Shown in pieces: positions 1-11,918 of a DNA stretch of 64,000 nt; position 1 is the first letter of the stretch; each line of letters opens with the position of its first letter. A program made the position numbers and the translations under genes. Source of the stretch: Octopus bimaculoides (taxonomy: Eukaryota); contig NC_068981.1 in assembly GCF_001194135.2 (NCBI RefSeq), positions 14,009,634 through 14,073,633 on the forward strand, written 5' to 3'. Below the pieces are notes generated by a model that worked only from the letters and a program-made list of their open reading frames with translations, searched no databases and was not told where the DNA came from.

Positions 1-134
1 CAAATTTCACCGAGATCGATTTTCACTTTCATCTTTTGAGGGCCGATAAAATAAGTACAAGTTGAGCATTAGGATCGATATCATCGAGTCAGCCCTCCTA
101 CCAAATTGCTTACATTGTGTGAAGATTCAAAACC
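1..134 (+). mobile_element. 3' part of a tRNA-derived SINE (family 1), cut by the window edge
   Basis: Shares the motif run caaatt..ccgag.tcgatttt..ctttcatc.ttt..ggg.cgataaaataagtac with reverse-strand copies at about 8.5, 12.9 and 50.3 kb. Boundaries approximate. Confidence 0.6.
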
Positions 135-1244
135 GATATTTTTGTGTTTTATTTCATTTTTTTAAATATTGTTTACCCATTCTATAATCATAGTTTCAAC
201 GATTTCACATAAATTTGTTCCTTATTGTGTATGTTTCTATTTCCATATGATTTTGCAGAGACTTCCGGTGACAGTATACACATTTTTATTTTATGAAATG
301 CATGCGTTTATGTGTATACTTATGTGTGTATGTGTGCTCATGTTATACATTACGTATTAATGCTATACCAGTTTTTTTTTTTTTTGCTGCCATATTCATG
401 TATTAATTTGAAGTCTGGTAGCTAAATATCCATATATGCAAAATCGCTCTGTATATGGGAAGATATCAACCCATGCAATAGCACATATTTTCGTCTACTT
501 TGAATGACAAATAAAGTTTGAGAAAATTCTATTACATAATGAGCCTGCACATTTACTTATGATAAAAAATAAATCTGATTATATTTGTCTTTAAGTTTGT
601 GCTAATTATCTGTTCGTCTATGAATACATTATCTAATACATATAATTTTTCCATCAAGGTAATAGTTGCGTCTTCATCTCAAACACCGTGGAATTTAATA
701 ATTGTCTATGAAAAAGGTTCTGCAATGTCTTAGAAATATTGCTTTGTCTTTCAATTCTCACTGAATTCTTTTCACTTTAAGTATATCTTACGATGCAATC
801 GCGTATGTATTCATGTGAGATGAAATATTAACTTTTGCAATAAATTATAACAGAGCAACATGTCTGCCTCATGACGTCGGTTTCTTTGAGTTGTGTCAAG
901 ATTAAATATAGAGTAAGACACAAGTAACATTTCATCGAGAGATAAATGGATGATATAACTCTCCTATCCACCTCTTTACAAACTTCTTTACCGATATAAG
1001 ACATCTGAAATACAGATAGAAGCAAATTATGTTTTGTTACTTGTTTTATATAGAGAGAACGGACACAACTGTTGTATTTTAAGTAATACAGTGGATTGAA
1101 AATATGTTGTATATCAGTAAAGTATCTACAATATTCGATACAACTATAAAATTAACTTCAAATTAAATTCATGACCGAATATTTATTTAGAAGCCAATTA
1201 ATTACGCGTAAAGATAGTACTGATGATAACAAGCTTGTTTTGTA

Positions 1245-1495
1245 ATTATTTAGTTCAGGTTCGGTCTCGCTGAGCGGAAATTTGGGCAAGTGGCTTTTAC
1301 TATAATCTCGGACTGACCAATGCCTTTTGAGTGAACGCGGTTCACGAAAACAGTATGGAAGCCTGTCGTGTGTTTGTGTGTGCATGTGTGTTTTATATGT
1401 ATGCGTGTGTAAATCTTTATATTTGTGTTCCCCCACCGCTTGACAGGCCGTATTGGCTTGTTTACATCCCTGTAACAGTGGTTCCGCAAAAAATA
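1245..1495 (+). mobile_element. Diverged tRNA-derived SINE (family 2)
   Basis: Colinear with the copy at 11501-11918 (ttgggcaagtg..tt.tactata, cttgaca..., tgtttac.tcc..gtaac). Boundaries approximate. Confidence 0.6.
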
Positions 1496-1515
1496 CCTAG
1501 AAGGGGTGTCTATGT

Positions 1516-1560
<45 letters not shown>

Positions 1561-1850
1561 NNNNNNNNNNNNNNNNNNNNNNNNNNNNNNNNNNNNNNNN
1601 NNNNNNNNNNNNNNNNNNNNNNNNNNNNNNNNNNNNNNNNNNNNNNNNNNNNNNNNNNNNNNNNNNNNNNNNNNNNNNNNNNNNNNNNNNNNNNNATATA
1701 CATATATATATAAGATTTTCAATTAGGTTGGTTAAGTCACCTTTGTCTTGATTGTTAATTTTTATCTTTTTTTCTGGGCATAATGTAGCACTTTTGATCA
1801 ACAATAAAGAACGTCTCTGAAACAGTTTTAGTGGATCGCATCAAATTTTG

Positions 1851-1872
1851 TTATTATTATTATTATTATTAC

Positions 1873-1926
<54 letters not shown>
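1851..1926. repeat. (ATT)n microsatellite
   Basis: About 25 near-perfect TTA units seen directly. Confidence 0.95.
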
Positions 1927-1927
<1 letters not shown>

Positions 1928-2989
1928 TTATGTTTGACTTTTGCTTTGCATTTGTACAAGTTGGATCCAAGTCTCACCAAATATATGTACAAACATAGTC
2001 TATGTCAGTGTACATAAAACGTTCATGCATAGATATCGATATGTGTGTGTTTGAGTGTGTGAGTACATGTTTGTGTATATATGCATCTACACATATGTAA
2101 ATAATTATGGTTACTAGGGGCAGAAAAGAAATTGTATAGGAAGTGTCCCAACGAATACATATATCTGTATTAAATATAGATTTAAATTTAGCTTCCTTCA
2201 GCACAGCTAATGAATTATTAACCAAAATATCTTTCACTTGGTAAGAATTGCCACAAATATTCTCTATGGACACCATTCTTTTATGATATGTCTTTGATAA
2301 TATAAATTATGCAATTAACAGACAGTATCCTATTGGTGAGATTGACGCAAAATCAAAATAGGAGCTTCTATTTATGAATATTAAGATATTGTACTTGAAA
2401 CTGAGATAAACAAAATATATATATATAACGATCACATGATGTACACTTTATATATTTATTTAGTACATTTTTTTTCTCTAGCGGATTCATATATATATTG
2501 CATTGTATTTTGATAGACACTTTTATTGTGATAGACTCTCATATGCGCGCACGTGCGCAAACGCACACATGCGCACACACAAGCACACACCGTATGCACT
2601 GTTATATACTTGATTTCCATTGAAATTGATATATTTCCTATGATAAATACTTGTATATAAATATGTCGTGCTGTTCGCTTCCTCTTATGAGCCAAGACAC
2701 ATACATTCACGCTGTTCCAGTGCAGGTAACTGGAGTATTACACTTTTACTGAAGTAAATTTAGTTTTATGGATTATGCAGCAAATTTTTAAATAGTTTTG
2801 CTCTGATTCATTGACAATGGAAACTGACATATTACGTAAGGGCGAATCTAAGCAATTAGTTTGAATATTATTAAACATTTCATTAGCAAAACGTTTGTCG
2901 CCTTCTCAGAACTGAAAAGGCAAGAATATTTCGATGCTTTCTTATAATTTTCCTGGTTGCATGTTGTGTAGTTATCACTTAAGGATACT

Positions 2990-3024
<35 letters not shown>

Positions 3025-3033
3025 GAGAGAGAG

Positions 3034-3687
3034 NNNNNNNNNNNNNNNNNNNNNNNNNNNNNNNNNNNNNNNNNNNNNNNNNNNNNNNNNNNNNNNNNNN
3101 NNNNNNNNNNNNNNNNNNNNNNNNNNNNNNNNNNNNNNNNNNNNNNNNNNNNNNNNNNNNNNNNNNNNNNNNNNNNNNNNNNNNNNNNNNNNNNNNNNNN
3201 NNNNNNNNNNNNNNNNNNNNNNNNNNNNNNNNNNNNNNNNNNNNNNNNNNNNNNNNNNNNNNNNNNNNNNNNNNNNNNNNNNNNNNNNNNNNNNNNNNNN
3301 NNNNNNNNNNNNNNNNNNNNNNNNNNNNNNNNNNNNNNNNNNNNNNNNNNNNNNNNNNNNNNNNNNNNNNNNNNNNNNNNNNNNNNNNNNNNNNNNNNNN
3401 NNNNNNNNNNNNNNNNNNNNNNNNNNNNNNNNNNNNNNNNNNNNNNNNNNNNNNNNNNNNNNNNNNNNNNNNNNNNNNNNNNNNNNNNNNNNNNNNNNNN
3501 NNNNNNNNNNNNNNNNNNNNNNNNNNNNNNNNNNNNNNNNNNNNNNNNNNNNNNNNNNNNNNNNNNNNNNNNNNNNNNNNNNNNNNNNNNNNNNNNNNNN
3601 NNNNNNNNNNNNNNNNNNNNNNNNNNNNNNNNNNNNNNNNNNNNNNNNNNNNNNNNNNNNNNNNNNNNNNNNNNNNNNNNNNNNNNN
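3034..3687. other. Assembly gap (654 N)
   Basis: Run of N. Other gaps: 1561-1695, 13678-13719, 15555-15842, 35746-35755, 54474-54513, 57873-58157, 60232-60353. Most abut microsatellites. Confidence 0.99.
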
Positions 3688-3869
3688 CGAAGATACCGTG
3701 GACTCTGTTATTCGATCCTTCTGATTTGGCGGACACCATTTTTTATTTAGTTTTTTTATCTACCGAAACACTTTAAAACTTTGTATACTTGTATATTTTG
3801 TCTTATAGAACAGAGAAAAAAAATTATATTGGAAGTTACTTCATGTTAAAAGTTGTCGTATTTCGGTAA

Positions 3870-4240
3870 TTTCAACAAATCACTGACGTCTATTGAGGTG
3901 GAAACACTTACTGCTGTGGTTTGTCAACAACACGTTGTGGCGGTGTAATGGGATCTTTTCTCTTGAATAAAATTACTGCCGTTGTTTGTCAACAACAATT
4001 ATCGGTGGTACTGTTATTTATGGCACCGTTCGTTTGTACTGGTTTAAGCTTTAGTGGGTTAGGGTTAGGTTTATGGGTATTTTTGCTAAATTTGATGAAA
4101 AATTTGTGGCGGTGTATCGAACAGATTTTCACCAAATGTGGCAAAAATACTTCTAATCCTAATCCTAACCCTAAAACCCTTGTCCTAACCCTAAAACCCT
4201 TGTCCTAACCCTAAAACCCTTGTCCTAACCCTGAAACCTA
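3870..4240. repeat. Repeat containing telomere-like TTAGGG/CCCTAA units, an imperfect palindrome of about 50 bp per arm and a 20-bp tandem array
   Basis: gggttagggttagg at 4056-4069; palindrome arms 4056-4106 and 4122-4171; unit cctaaccctaaaacccttgt x3.7 at 4164-4238; direct repeat gtttgtcaacaaca twice upstream. Confidence 0.7.
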
Positions 4241-4363
4241 TGAAAGGTAACTCTGAACGAACTTGAAAAAGCTGTAGCTTTACATATAAAGTACAACTCA
4301 TTGACGAGAGTCAAACACCTCGAAGCATATACGTGTGTGCGTGTATATATATATATATATACA

Positions 4364-4950
4364 CTAGCTTAAAAGCCGCCCGATGGGGCGGCTTTTAAAC
4401 TAGTTCATGTGGAGGGCTCTTCATTGAGTTTTGAGCCCAACAATGACACATCATGCATTGAGTACATATTAAATTGTATTAGAATTGAACATTATTTTTC
4501 ACGCAATGAAAAATTTTCATCAAAACAATGATATAATTCTTCGATTTGGGACTTACTGCAAAGCTGCATGATAAACATTTTTTTGTCTTTCTACTCAGGG
4601 TCAGTACAGGTCTCTCTCTCTTGCTCTTGATTGTTTTCAACCATCACAATCGCCAGTACAACCACCATCGTCACCACAACTAGCATACACATACCACGCA
4701 GATTTCTGACGCCACTACCATCAATACCGTAGACTTCACCGCCTTCCCCTTCACCACCATCATCACTGTCGCCTCCGCTTCATACTATTACTATCACCCC
4801 ATTGCCATCAAAACCGTCAATCTACTCCCGTCTCTGTGCCTACTATTACCCTCACCCCTGCATGAGCGATAACAGAGTATCAATGAATAATGAGAGAGGG
4901 GCTCGAGGCGTGACGCACTGACACACAGAAATTGGTTTTCGCATTTATTA
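4364..4950 (-). mobile_element. Possible non-autonomous Helitron-like element
   Basis: On the minus strand a GC-rich hairpin (gccgccc-catc-gggcggc) is followed after 7 nt by CTAG|T at 4364/4363, as at Helitron 3' ends. The far end runs into TA-rich sequence, so a 5' TC cannot be verified. Confidence 0.4.
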
Positions 4951-5051
4951 TATTATATTATATTATATATATATATATATATGTATATAATAATTTTCCC
5001 AGAGGATGTCTCTGTCTCTTTTGAATATGAAAATTTAAAAGTTTAAAAACC

Positions 5052-5091
<40 letters not shown>

Positions 5092-5516
5092 CACTTCATT
5101 TTATACATCGTATATTATTCTGTATTCTTCCATACTAAGGTAGTAATTTAGTTTTCTTTTCTCTGGCTAAATATACACACCTACATTAATTATCGCTCAG
5201 CCTGTGTAGAGACGTCATCTCATGAAGCATAACATAATTGTGAATGCTTTTAAAGACAAATACATCTTGAGAAAAGAAAACTACTATTTAATGAATCTAC
5301 ACATTTGTTAAGATAAAAACATTTCTCGGTGAGAGATTTGACAATTATGTTATAATTATCCAATCTTCTGTGTCTCAAAACTTTTCAAATTCTGAAGGCG
5401 AAAGTTTTACAAAATAGGAATGTGTATGTATGTGTGTTTGTGTGTGTGTGCACGCGCACTCATATATGAAACAATATTCCATCATAGTAAAAGTCTCGTA
5501 TGAACACACATACAGA

Positions 5517-5610
<94 letters not shown>

Positions 5611-6189
5611 CCCCGTTACTATTATGCAAACCTGTTGTAAGTCCAAAACGTTGCTTTTTCAGAAAACGAAAATAGTGTTTCACCATTCCACAGCAGAACC
5701 GTTGTACTGCACTTTGACAATTTTTGATATCTTGTTATGTGCAGCAGCTGTAGATATGATAGTTTGACCCAAAGAACCGGCTATTGCGAACAAAAATAAA
5801 TATTGGAAAAAACGTATTTGGTCAAATTTGAATGTACGACAGTTTAACATTAGAGAGCATTTAGTATATTGGAAAAGGTGCTCTAAGGAAATAAAAAAAG
5901 GGGGATAAATCGGCTTAGCAGAAACCAAATTACGCGCTCACACACACGTACATACACACACCCATATATATTATTAGAAGAAAAAAAAGGATTAAAATAT
6001 CACGTGAGATTTCAATAAAGCACTCAGTGTAAAAAAAAGTAAGTCCTCATATATGACAGGAAAATTCAATTTTCGTTTACCAGAAATTCGACACCCCCAC
6101 AACACACGTTATTATGTCTAGAGTGAGTCATTATGCTGATATTAACACAGTATGTGTGTAAATAATATTAGCCTAATGAATCTCCCTAG

Positions 6190-6354
6190 ATGCAACAAAA
6201 TTTGTCTTTTTATTCCTAGTATTTATTTTATCGATCTTTTTGCCGAACTGCTAATTTGCGGGTACATAAACACACCAATACCGCTTGTCGAGCGGTGATG
6301 GCGGATAGAAAAACAGACACACACAACACACACACACACACACACAACACACAA

Positions 6355-6393
<39 letters not shown>

Positions 6394-6538
6394 ATACGCA
6401 CACGCATATACGACGGGCTTCTTACAATTTCCGTCTAACGATTCACTCACAAGGTCTTCTTCATACCGAGGCTATAGAAGAAGACACTTGCCCAAGATAC
6501 CAGGCAGTGGGACTGAACCCGAAACCATGTGGTTGGGA
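6190..6538 (-). mobile_element. tRNA-derived SINE (family 2)
   Basis: Reverse complement matches the 11501-11918 copy (ccaaccacatggtttcgggttcagtcccactgcc..., cttgggcaagtgtcttcttctatagcctcgg). Confidence 0.75.
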
Positions 6539-6599
6539 CGGGAATGGATGGAATAGACATGCCGCCCAACCCCAAATTTCAGGGATTGTGCCTATTATT

Positions 6600-6965
6600 T
6601 AGATTACTTAGAAAAGTTTCGGCTGAAGTTGGCCCAGGCCATGTCTAATTTAATAGAACAGTCAGCTCTTGGGCACACTCAGTTCTTGGGCACTATAGCG
6701 CATTCGAGCAGAGAGTTATTGTTTTCAGGGACATATCCAGGTTCAGGCGGTTTGTCTGGTATCTGTTGGATATAATTATCTAGGGACCGTTTGAATGCGT
6801 ATGTGAACTGGCAAGATGTTGAAGAGAGCGGGGCAAGTTGAGGTGAAATAGTTCTGTCGTAATGTTATGATACGACACGAACATGATTTCTGTAGTGGAC
6901 GGATGGCACGGGAGCCAAGCCTTGAATGAATTTTAAAGACGATACATATATCATTTGGTCAATGT
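6600..6965 (-). mobile_element. 3' fragment of a CR1/L2-type LINE ORF2
   Basis: Minus-strand translation PNDICIVFKIHSRLGSRAIRP...RQNYFTSTCPALFNILPVHIR, then after a frameshift FKRSLDNYIQQIPDKPPEPGYVPENNNSLLE. This fits the ...LFNxLP..IR....FK..LD..L..IPD.P..PGY....NSL C-terminus of such LINEs. Confidence 0.7.
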
Positions 6966-7026
6966 TGATGGAATTATGTACATTATTTTCATTTGATGGA
7001 TATTTGACCTCATCGTGTCTGTTGTT

Positions 7027-7072
7027 AACACAACGTATCGGCTGATATACCCTCCAGCCTTCATCGGGTGTC
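7027..7072 (-). ncRNA. Degenerate minimal type I hammerhead motif (core CCGAUGA / GAUA)
   Basis: GACAC-CCGATGA-A-GGCTG(10 nt)CAGCC-GATA-CGTT-GTGTT. Two core substitutions, so likely inactive. Confidence 0.6.
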
Positions 7073-7295
7073 TTGGGGAAATTTCGAACCTGGGTTCTCA
7101 TTCCTAAGGTATTTTTCGATGTTATTATTATTATTATTATTAATATTATTATTATTCAGGTCACTGCCTGGAATCGAACTCGGAATCTTGGGGCTAGCAG
7201 CCTGCGCTCTTAACCACTACGCCATATGACCGTGGGCATATAATAACATAGAAAAATACCTTAGGAATGAGAACCCATGTTCGAAATTTCCCCAA

Positions 7296-7341
7296 GACAC
7301 CTGATGAAGGCTGGAGGGTATATCAGCCGAAATTTTGTGTT
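7296..7341 (+). ncRNA. Minimal type I hammerhead motif with intact core and mutated stem III
   Basis: GACAC-CTGATGA(7301-7307)-A-GGCTG/CAGCC stem II-GAAA(7329-7332)-TTTT-GTGTT. Stem I is GACAC/GTGTT. The partner arm has CGTT where this arm has TTTT. Confidence 0.65.
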
Positions 7342-8479
7342 AACAACAAACAAGATGAGGACAAATATCCATCAAATGTAAATAATGTAATTAATGTAAA
7401 TCATATTGATGGAAAATGTTCTACATCATACAGATTATATAGCTCTCTCGGTGGCGTTGGAGGGAGTAATGCCCAAGCTTTTTGAGTCAATCCCAATAAT
7501 TAAGGCGTGTCATGTCATTTATGATTATTTTATTTTATTTATTTATTTTTTTGATTGACATTTGTTTCCTGTGAGGGACTACAGCGGACAACAGTGTTCA
7601 ACCCACTGTGGAAAGAATTATTTAAAATCCTACAAGAAGAAAGTATTCCACATCTTCAATAAACGCAGTGTTAACACGCTCATTAATTGTTATATCCTCT
7701 CTAAGCCACTACATCACGACTTACAAGATCCTCCGTTCTACTCAAAAGACCTGATGTGTAATCTGTCGAACAGTTTCGCAATAGATCAGCGAAGTAATTT
7801 GAAAATAAATTTAAAGAAATTGCTAAAGGCTATTCTTATTCGAAAACACGCAGATAAATTCTAATTAATCCTCTTGATAAACTTGTATAGGTCAACAGCA
7901 ACAACAACCATTAAACTCAACAACTCTCATCGCTGACCTCAACAATGACCTCTCAATTGTCCCTGCTAATGTCTCTCTATCAGCTACGAACATATGTCAG
8001 CCTTCCACCCTTCCTCACAGTCACTACGCCCATTATACTACGACAAAGCAGTCACTTTTCTGTTTCCTCAAACACCTCTACCTTAGATATTTATTTATTT
8101 ATTTATTTATTTATTTATCCATTCATTTATTCATCCAGTTTCAAGCCATGGCAGACAGAGGAAGGTATACAATAACTGAACAATAAAATCAAATACAACA
8201 CGAAATCAGAGAGAAAGAGAAATGAAGAAGTGTGGATAAGGGACGGTTAAATGCCTCTGTAGCTAAATCTTTTTGTAGCCTTCTTGTTACTAAGCGCAAT
8301 GAGCAACGTTAAAAAAAAAAACAACAAATAAATAAAATAAGCAGATCTCTAGCTTGCCATTGTTTTTCTTATCATCATAAGACAGTGTCAACACAAAGTT
8401 TGAATTTACCCACTACCATCACAAGGTCTGTCTTGAAGAACGAAGATAAGTTTACTACTCTTCCTTCTGCAAGCACACG

Positions 8480-8664
8480 GCCAGAGGTTCGTGATAGAGC
8501 GGGGACTATTCGATTTTATATTAATGCCACACCTCAAATGTTTCTTTTTTTCCCGACCCCGAAAGGATAAAAAGAACAGTCGAAATTGGCGGTATTTGAA
8601 AACAACGTAAACACAAACGAAATGACGCTTAGCGTTTTGCCCAGCGTGCTATAAATTCCGCCAA
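8480..8664 (-). mobile_element. tRNA-derived SINE (family 1)
   Basis: cgaccccgaaaggat..aaag...agtcga....ggcggtatttgaa...aacgtaaa.ac..acgaaatg.cgc.tagc.ttttgccc.gcgtgcta matches the 12.9 kb copy. Confidence 0.65.
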
Positions 8665-9050
8665 TGGAAAATAAATATCATACCATCTATGAAAATTATA
8701 TATAATCCCTAAATTTATAGGAGTGATTGTTATATATCTACACACCACCCAGTATGTGCGTGTGTGTGTGTGTGCGTGTGTGTGTGTGTGCGTGTGTGTG
8801 TGTGTGTGTGTATAGTCACATATGTATTAGAAGCAGGGCGAGTGTTGTAAACGTTATACATGTACAATGTGTGTGCTTTGCTAGTTCGCTGATCGGCTGC
8901 GATGTGAGGCGGAGGAGAGGAATGTCTTAAAGCACCGGTTGTCAAAACAATTGAAAGTCATGGTCATAGAGAGGCGATACAACTAAATCCAAATACCATT
9001 CAGGAGCGATGGGCATCGATGTTTCACCAGTTTTGTACCTTTTATATATA

Positions 9051-9278
9051 TTGGGTTGTCCGGAAAGTTTGTGCCGATTTTTAAAGGAAAGTAAAATGTC
9101 AATAAATACTTGGAATTACATTTTTAATCAACCAAATACGAACCATCTTGTTGCACAATGCGTTTCTATCTTTCGTTTAACTTGAAAATACCCTCTTCCC
9201 AGAATTGAGGTGGTTTCATGGCAAATAAGTCACAAGGTAAGCTAAAATAAATCGACACGAACTTTCCGGATAACCCAA
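9051..9278 (-). mobile_element. 228-bp internally deleted mariner (MITE-like) with both TIRs and TA target site duplication
   Basis: 30-bp TIRs ttgggttgtccggaaagtttgtgccgattt / aaatcgacacgaactttccggataacccaa (3 mismatches), flanked by TA at 9049-9050 and 9279-9280. The interior encodes the transposase C-terminus FAMKPPQFWEEGIFKLNER*KRIVQQDGSYLVD* on the minus strand. Confidence 0.85.
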
Positions 9279-9279
9279 T

Positions 9280-9312
<33 letters not shown>

Positions 9313-9315
9313 TAT

Positions 9316-9933
9316 NNNNNNNNNNNNNNNNNNNNNNNNNNNNNNNNNNNNNNNNNNNNNNNNNNNNNNNNNNNNNNNNNNNNNNNNNNNNNNNNNNNNN
9401 NNNNNNNNNNNNNNNNNNNNNNNNNNNNNNNNNNNNNNNNNNNNNNNNNNNNNNNNNNNNNNNNNNNNNNNNNNNNNNNNNNNNNNNNNNNNNNNNNNNN
9501 NNNNNNNNNNNNNNNNNNNNNNNNNNNNNNNNNNNNNNNNNNNNNNNNNNNNNNNNNNNNNNNNNNNNNNNNNNNNNNNNNNNNNNNNNNNNNNNNNNNN
9601 NNNNNNNNNNNNNNNNNNNNNNNNNNNNNNNNNNNNNNNNNNNNNNNNNNNNNNNNNNNNNNNNNNNNNNNNNNNNNNNNNNNNNNNNNNNNNNNNNNNN
9701 NNNNNNNNNNNNNNNNNNNNNNNNNNNNNNNNNNNNNNNNNNNNNNNNNNNNNNNNNNNNNNNNNNNNNNNNNNNNNNNNNNNNNNNNNNNNNNNNNNNN
9801 NNNNNNNNNNNNNNNNNNNNNNNNNNNNNNNNNNNNNNNNNNNNNNNNNNNNNNNNNNNNNNNNNNNNNNNNNNNNNNNNNNNNNNNNNNNNNNNNNNNN
9901 NNNNNNNNNNNNNNNNNNNNNNNNNNNNNNNNN
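9316..9933. other. Assembly gap (618 N)
   Basis: Run of N between TA/TACA microsatellites; large enough to hide an exon. Confidence 0.99.
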
Positions 9934-9966
<33 letters not shown>

Positions 9967-10711
9967 TAATTATTGACACATATATAACGCGTGTTTCACT
10001 CACTTAGCTGTGGCGTTTCAAAGAACACTAAATATCTCTAAGACGTCTCCAGGGTGGATATCCATATGACGCCGTTTAATCGATTCACCTCAAAACGGAT
10101 CGTATCGCCGGTCAGAATCATATACAAATTGTTGATGTGCTGCGGGGTAGCACATCAAAACTTTTCATATTATAGACACACACACATACATATATCAAAG
10201 TAAGCAACAAGGATATCTAGAGGTTATGCAGTGCGATCGTTTCAGGCAATTCCATTTAATCGAACAATGCAATCATTACATCAATTTAAATGCAGAGCAA
10301 TCCGCAGCTGCACAAAGACATAGAATTAAATTAAAACAAATGGACGTATTAGTATATTAATACCTAAAATCTCCAAAAAGTTAAGGAGACAAACAAAGAA
10401 CATGTTGCCTTCACACCAGCATAAAAGCTACTCTACCTCCCTAACTTCTTGGAGATTTTAGGTTTTATTATACTAATGTATCGATCTGCTTTAATTTAAT
10501 GAAATTCTATATCTTAGTGCAGCTGAGGATTGCTCTGCATTTAAATTGATGTAATGATTGCATTGTTCAATTAAATGGAGTTGCATGAAACCATCGTACT
10601 GCATTAACTCTGGATATCCTTGTTTCTTATTTTGATTTTAATCACCTTACTTTGAAATGAAAATAGCGTACTAAATTCTGGTGCCTCAACTCAAGTACAA
10701 TATTCATCTGA

Positions 10712-10758
<47 letters not shown>

Positions 10759-11500
10759 CAGGTGTCTATGTAAATGACTGTATGCATATGTATTAATTGT
10801 AGTCTAAAACACGAGTATGAAACAGAAAAGAAATGCATAATTTCCTTGAAGAAACAAAATAATAATTGAATTTTCATTTGTTTAAAGAGTGACGATGAAG
10901 AATGGTTTGCTTTAATGGCAACAAACTACAACTTTGATAGGGAATTTGGCACACCAAAGAATACAGACTAAACCAGAAGAACGCGAAATTGGACCGGTGT
11001 TGGCTTCAATGATGTCAACAAATAAACGTTGTAGATATTTCTAATGGAAATGGTTGGTATGAGATCCTTAGAAAATACGCTTAAAGACGCGCGCACGAAC
11101 ACACATCATTATACAAACGGGAAGAAAGAGAGGGTTGAGTACTACAGCTGTTTCACAAGCGCATTGGATATATCTTACGTAATATTACGAATGTCTTGTT
11201 GCTGTCTGGCGAAGATTCTTTTTGTTGTTTCTTTCGAAACGGAATTGTATAGCACCTGACATCTTATTGACATGCTTTGTTTCTTCTCCATATGGGAACA
11301 ACTGTATATGAAGCATTGATTAATAAATTTTAATGATCACTTATTAAATCACTTCTATTTTCTAAGTAAGACAAGTTTATACTTTACACTTCCGATTGAT
11401 CTTACTAGATTGTCTGTCTGTCTTGTTCTCTCTTTCTTTCTGTCTCTGTCTCTCTCTCTGTCTCTCTCTCTCTCTCTGTATATATATATATATATATAGA

Positions 11501-11918
11501 CACAGGAGTGGCTGTGTATTAAGTAGCTTGCTTACCAACCACATGGTTCCGGGGTCAGTCCCACTGTGTGTCACCTTGGGCAAGTGTCTTCTATTATAGC
11601 CTCGGACCGACCAAAGCCTATTGAGTGGATTTAGTAGACGGAAACTGAAAGAAATCCGTCGTATATATGTATATATATATATGTATGTGTATATATGTTT
11701 GCGTGTCTGTGTTTGTCCCCCCAAAATCGCTTGACAACCGATGCTGGTGTGTTTACGTCCGCGTAAATTACCGGTTCGGCTAAAATAGACTGATAGAATA
11801 AGTACTAGGCTTACAAAGAATAAGCCCTGGTGTCGATTTGCTCGACTAAAGATGGTGCTCCAGCATGGCCGCAGTTAAAGGATTGAAACAAGTAAATGAG
11901 TAAAAAGAGTAAAGAGTA
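11501..11918 (+). mobile_element. Near full-length tRNA-derived SINE (family 2)
   Basis: Head aggagtggctgtgtattaagtagcttgcttaccaaccacatggttccggggtcagtcccactg (A/B-box-like), central TA/TG microsatellite, conserved 3' half, and a gagtaaa-type tail. At least four other copies occur in the window. Confidence 0.8.

Larger units (their letters stand above)
6979..7389. mobile_element. Inverted-repeat element A: tRNA-like head, (AAT)n and a PLE-type tail with an HHR motif (minus), plus an inverted partial copy of the tail (plus)
   Basis: Arms 6979-7127 and 7241-7389 (149 bp, 10 mismatches by hand). The spacer holds (ATT)n and a minus-strand A box TGGCGTAGTGG (7214-7224) and B box GAGTTCGATTCC (7170-7181). 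Confidence 0.8.

Noticed and set aside
4056-4171. Ancestral telomere-telomere fusion site
   Set aside because: Only 2-3 hexamers per side, and the arms share non-telomeric sequence, which a fold-back repeat explains better.
4164-4238. CRISPR-like array
   Set aside because: Contiguous tandem 20-mers with no unique spacers, in a eukaryotic context.
7157-7240. Functional tRNA gene (also 28320-28392)
   Set aside because: A and B boxes are present, but the anticodon and acceptor arms are imperfect and the sequence runs into SINE body, so these are SINE heads.
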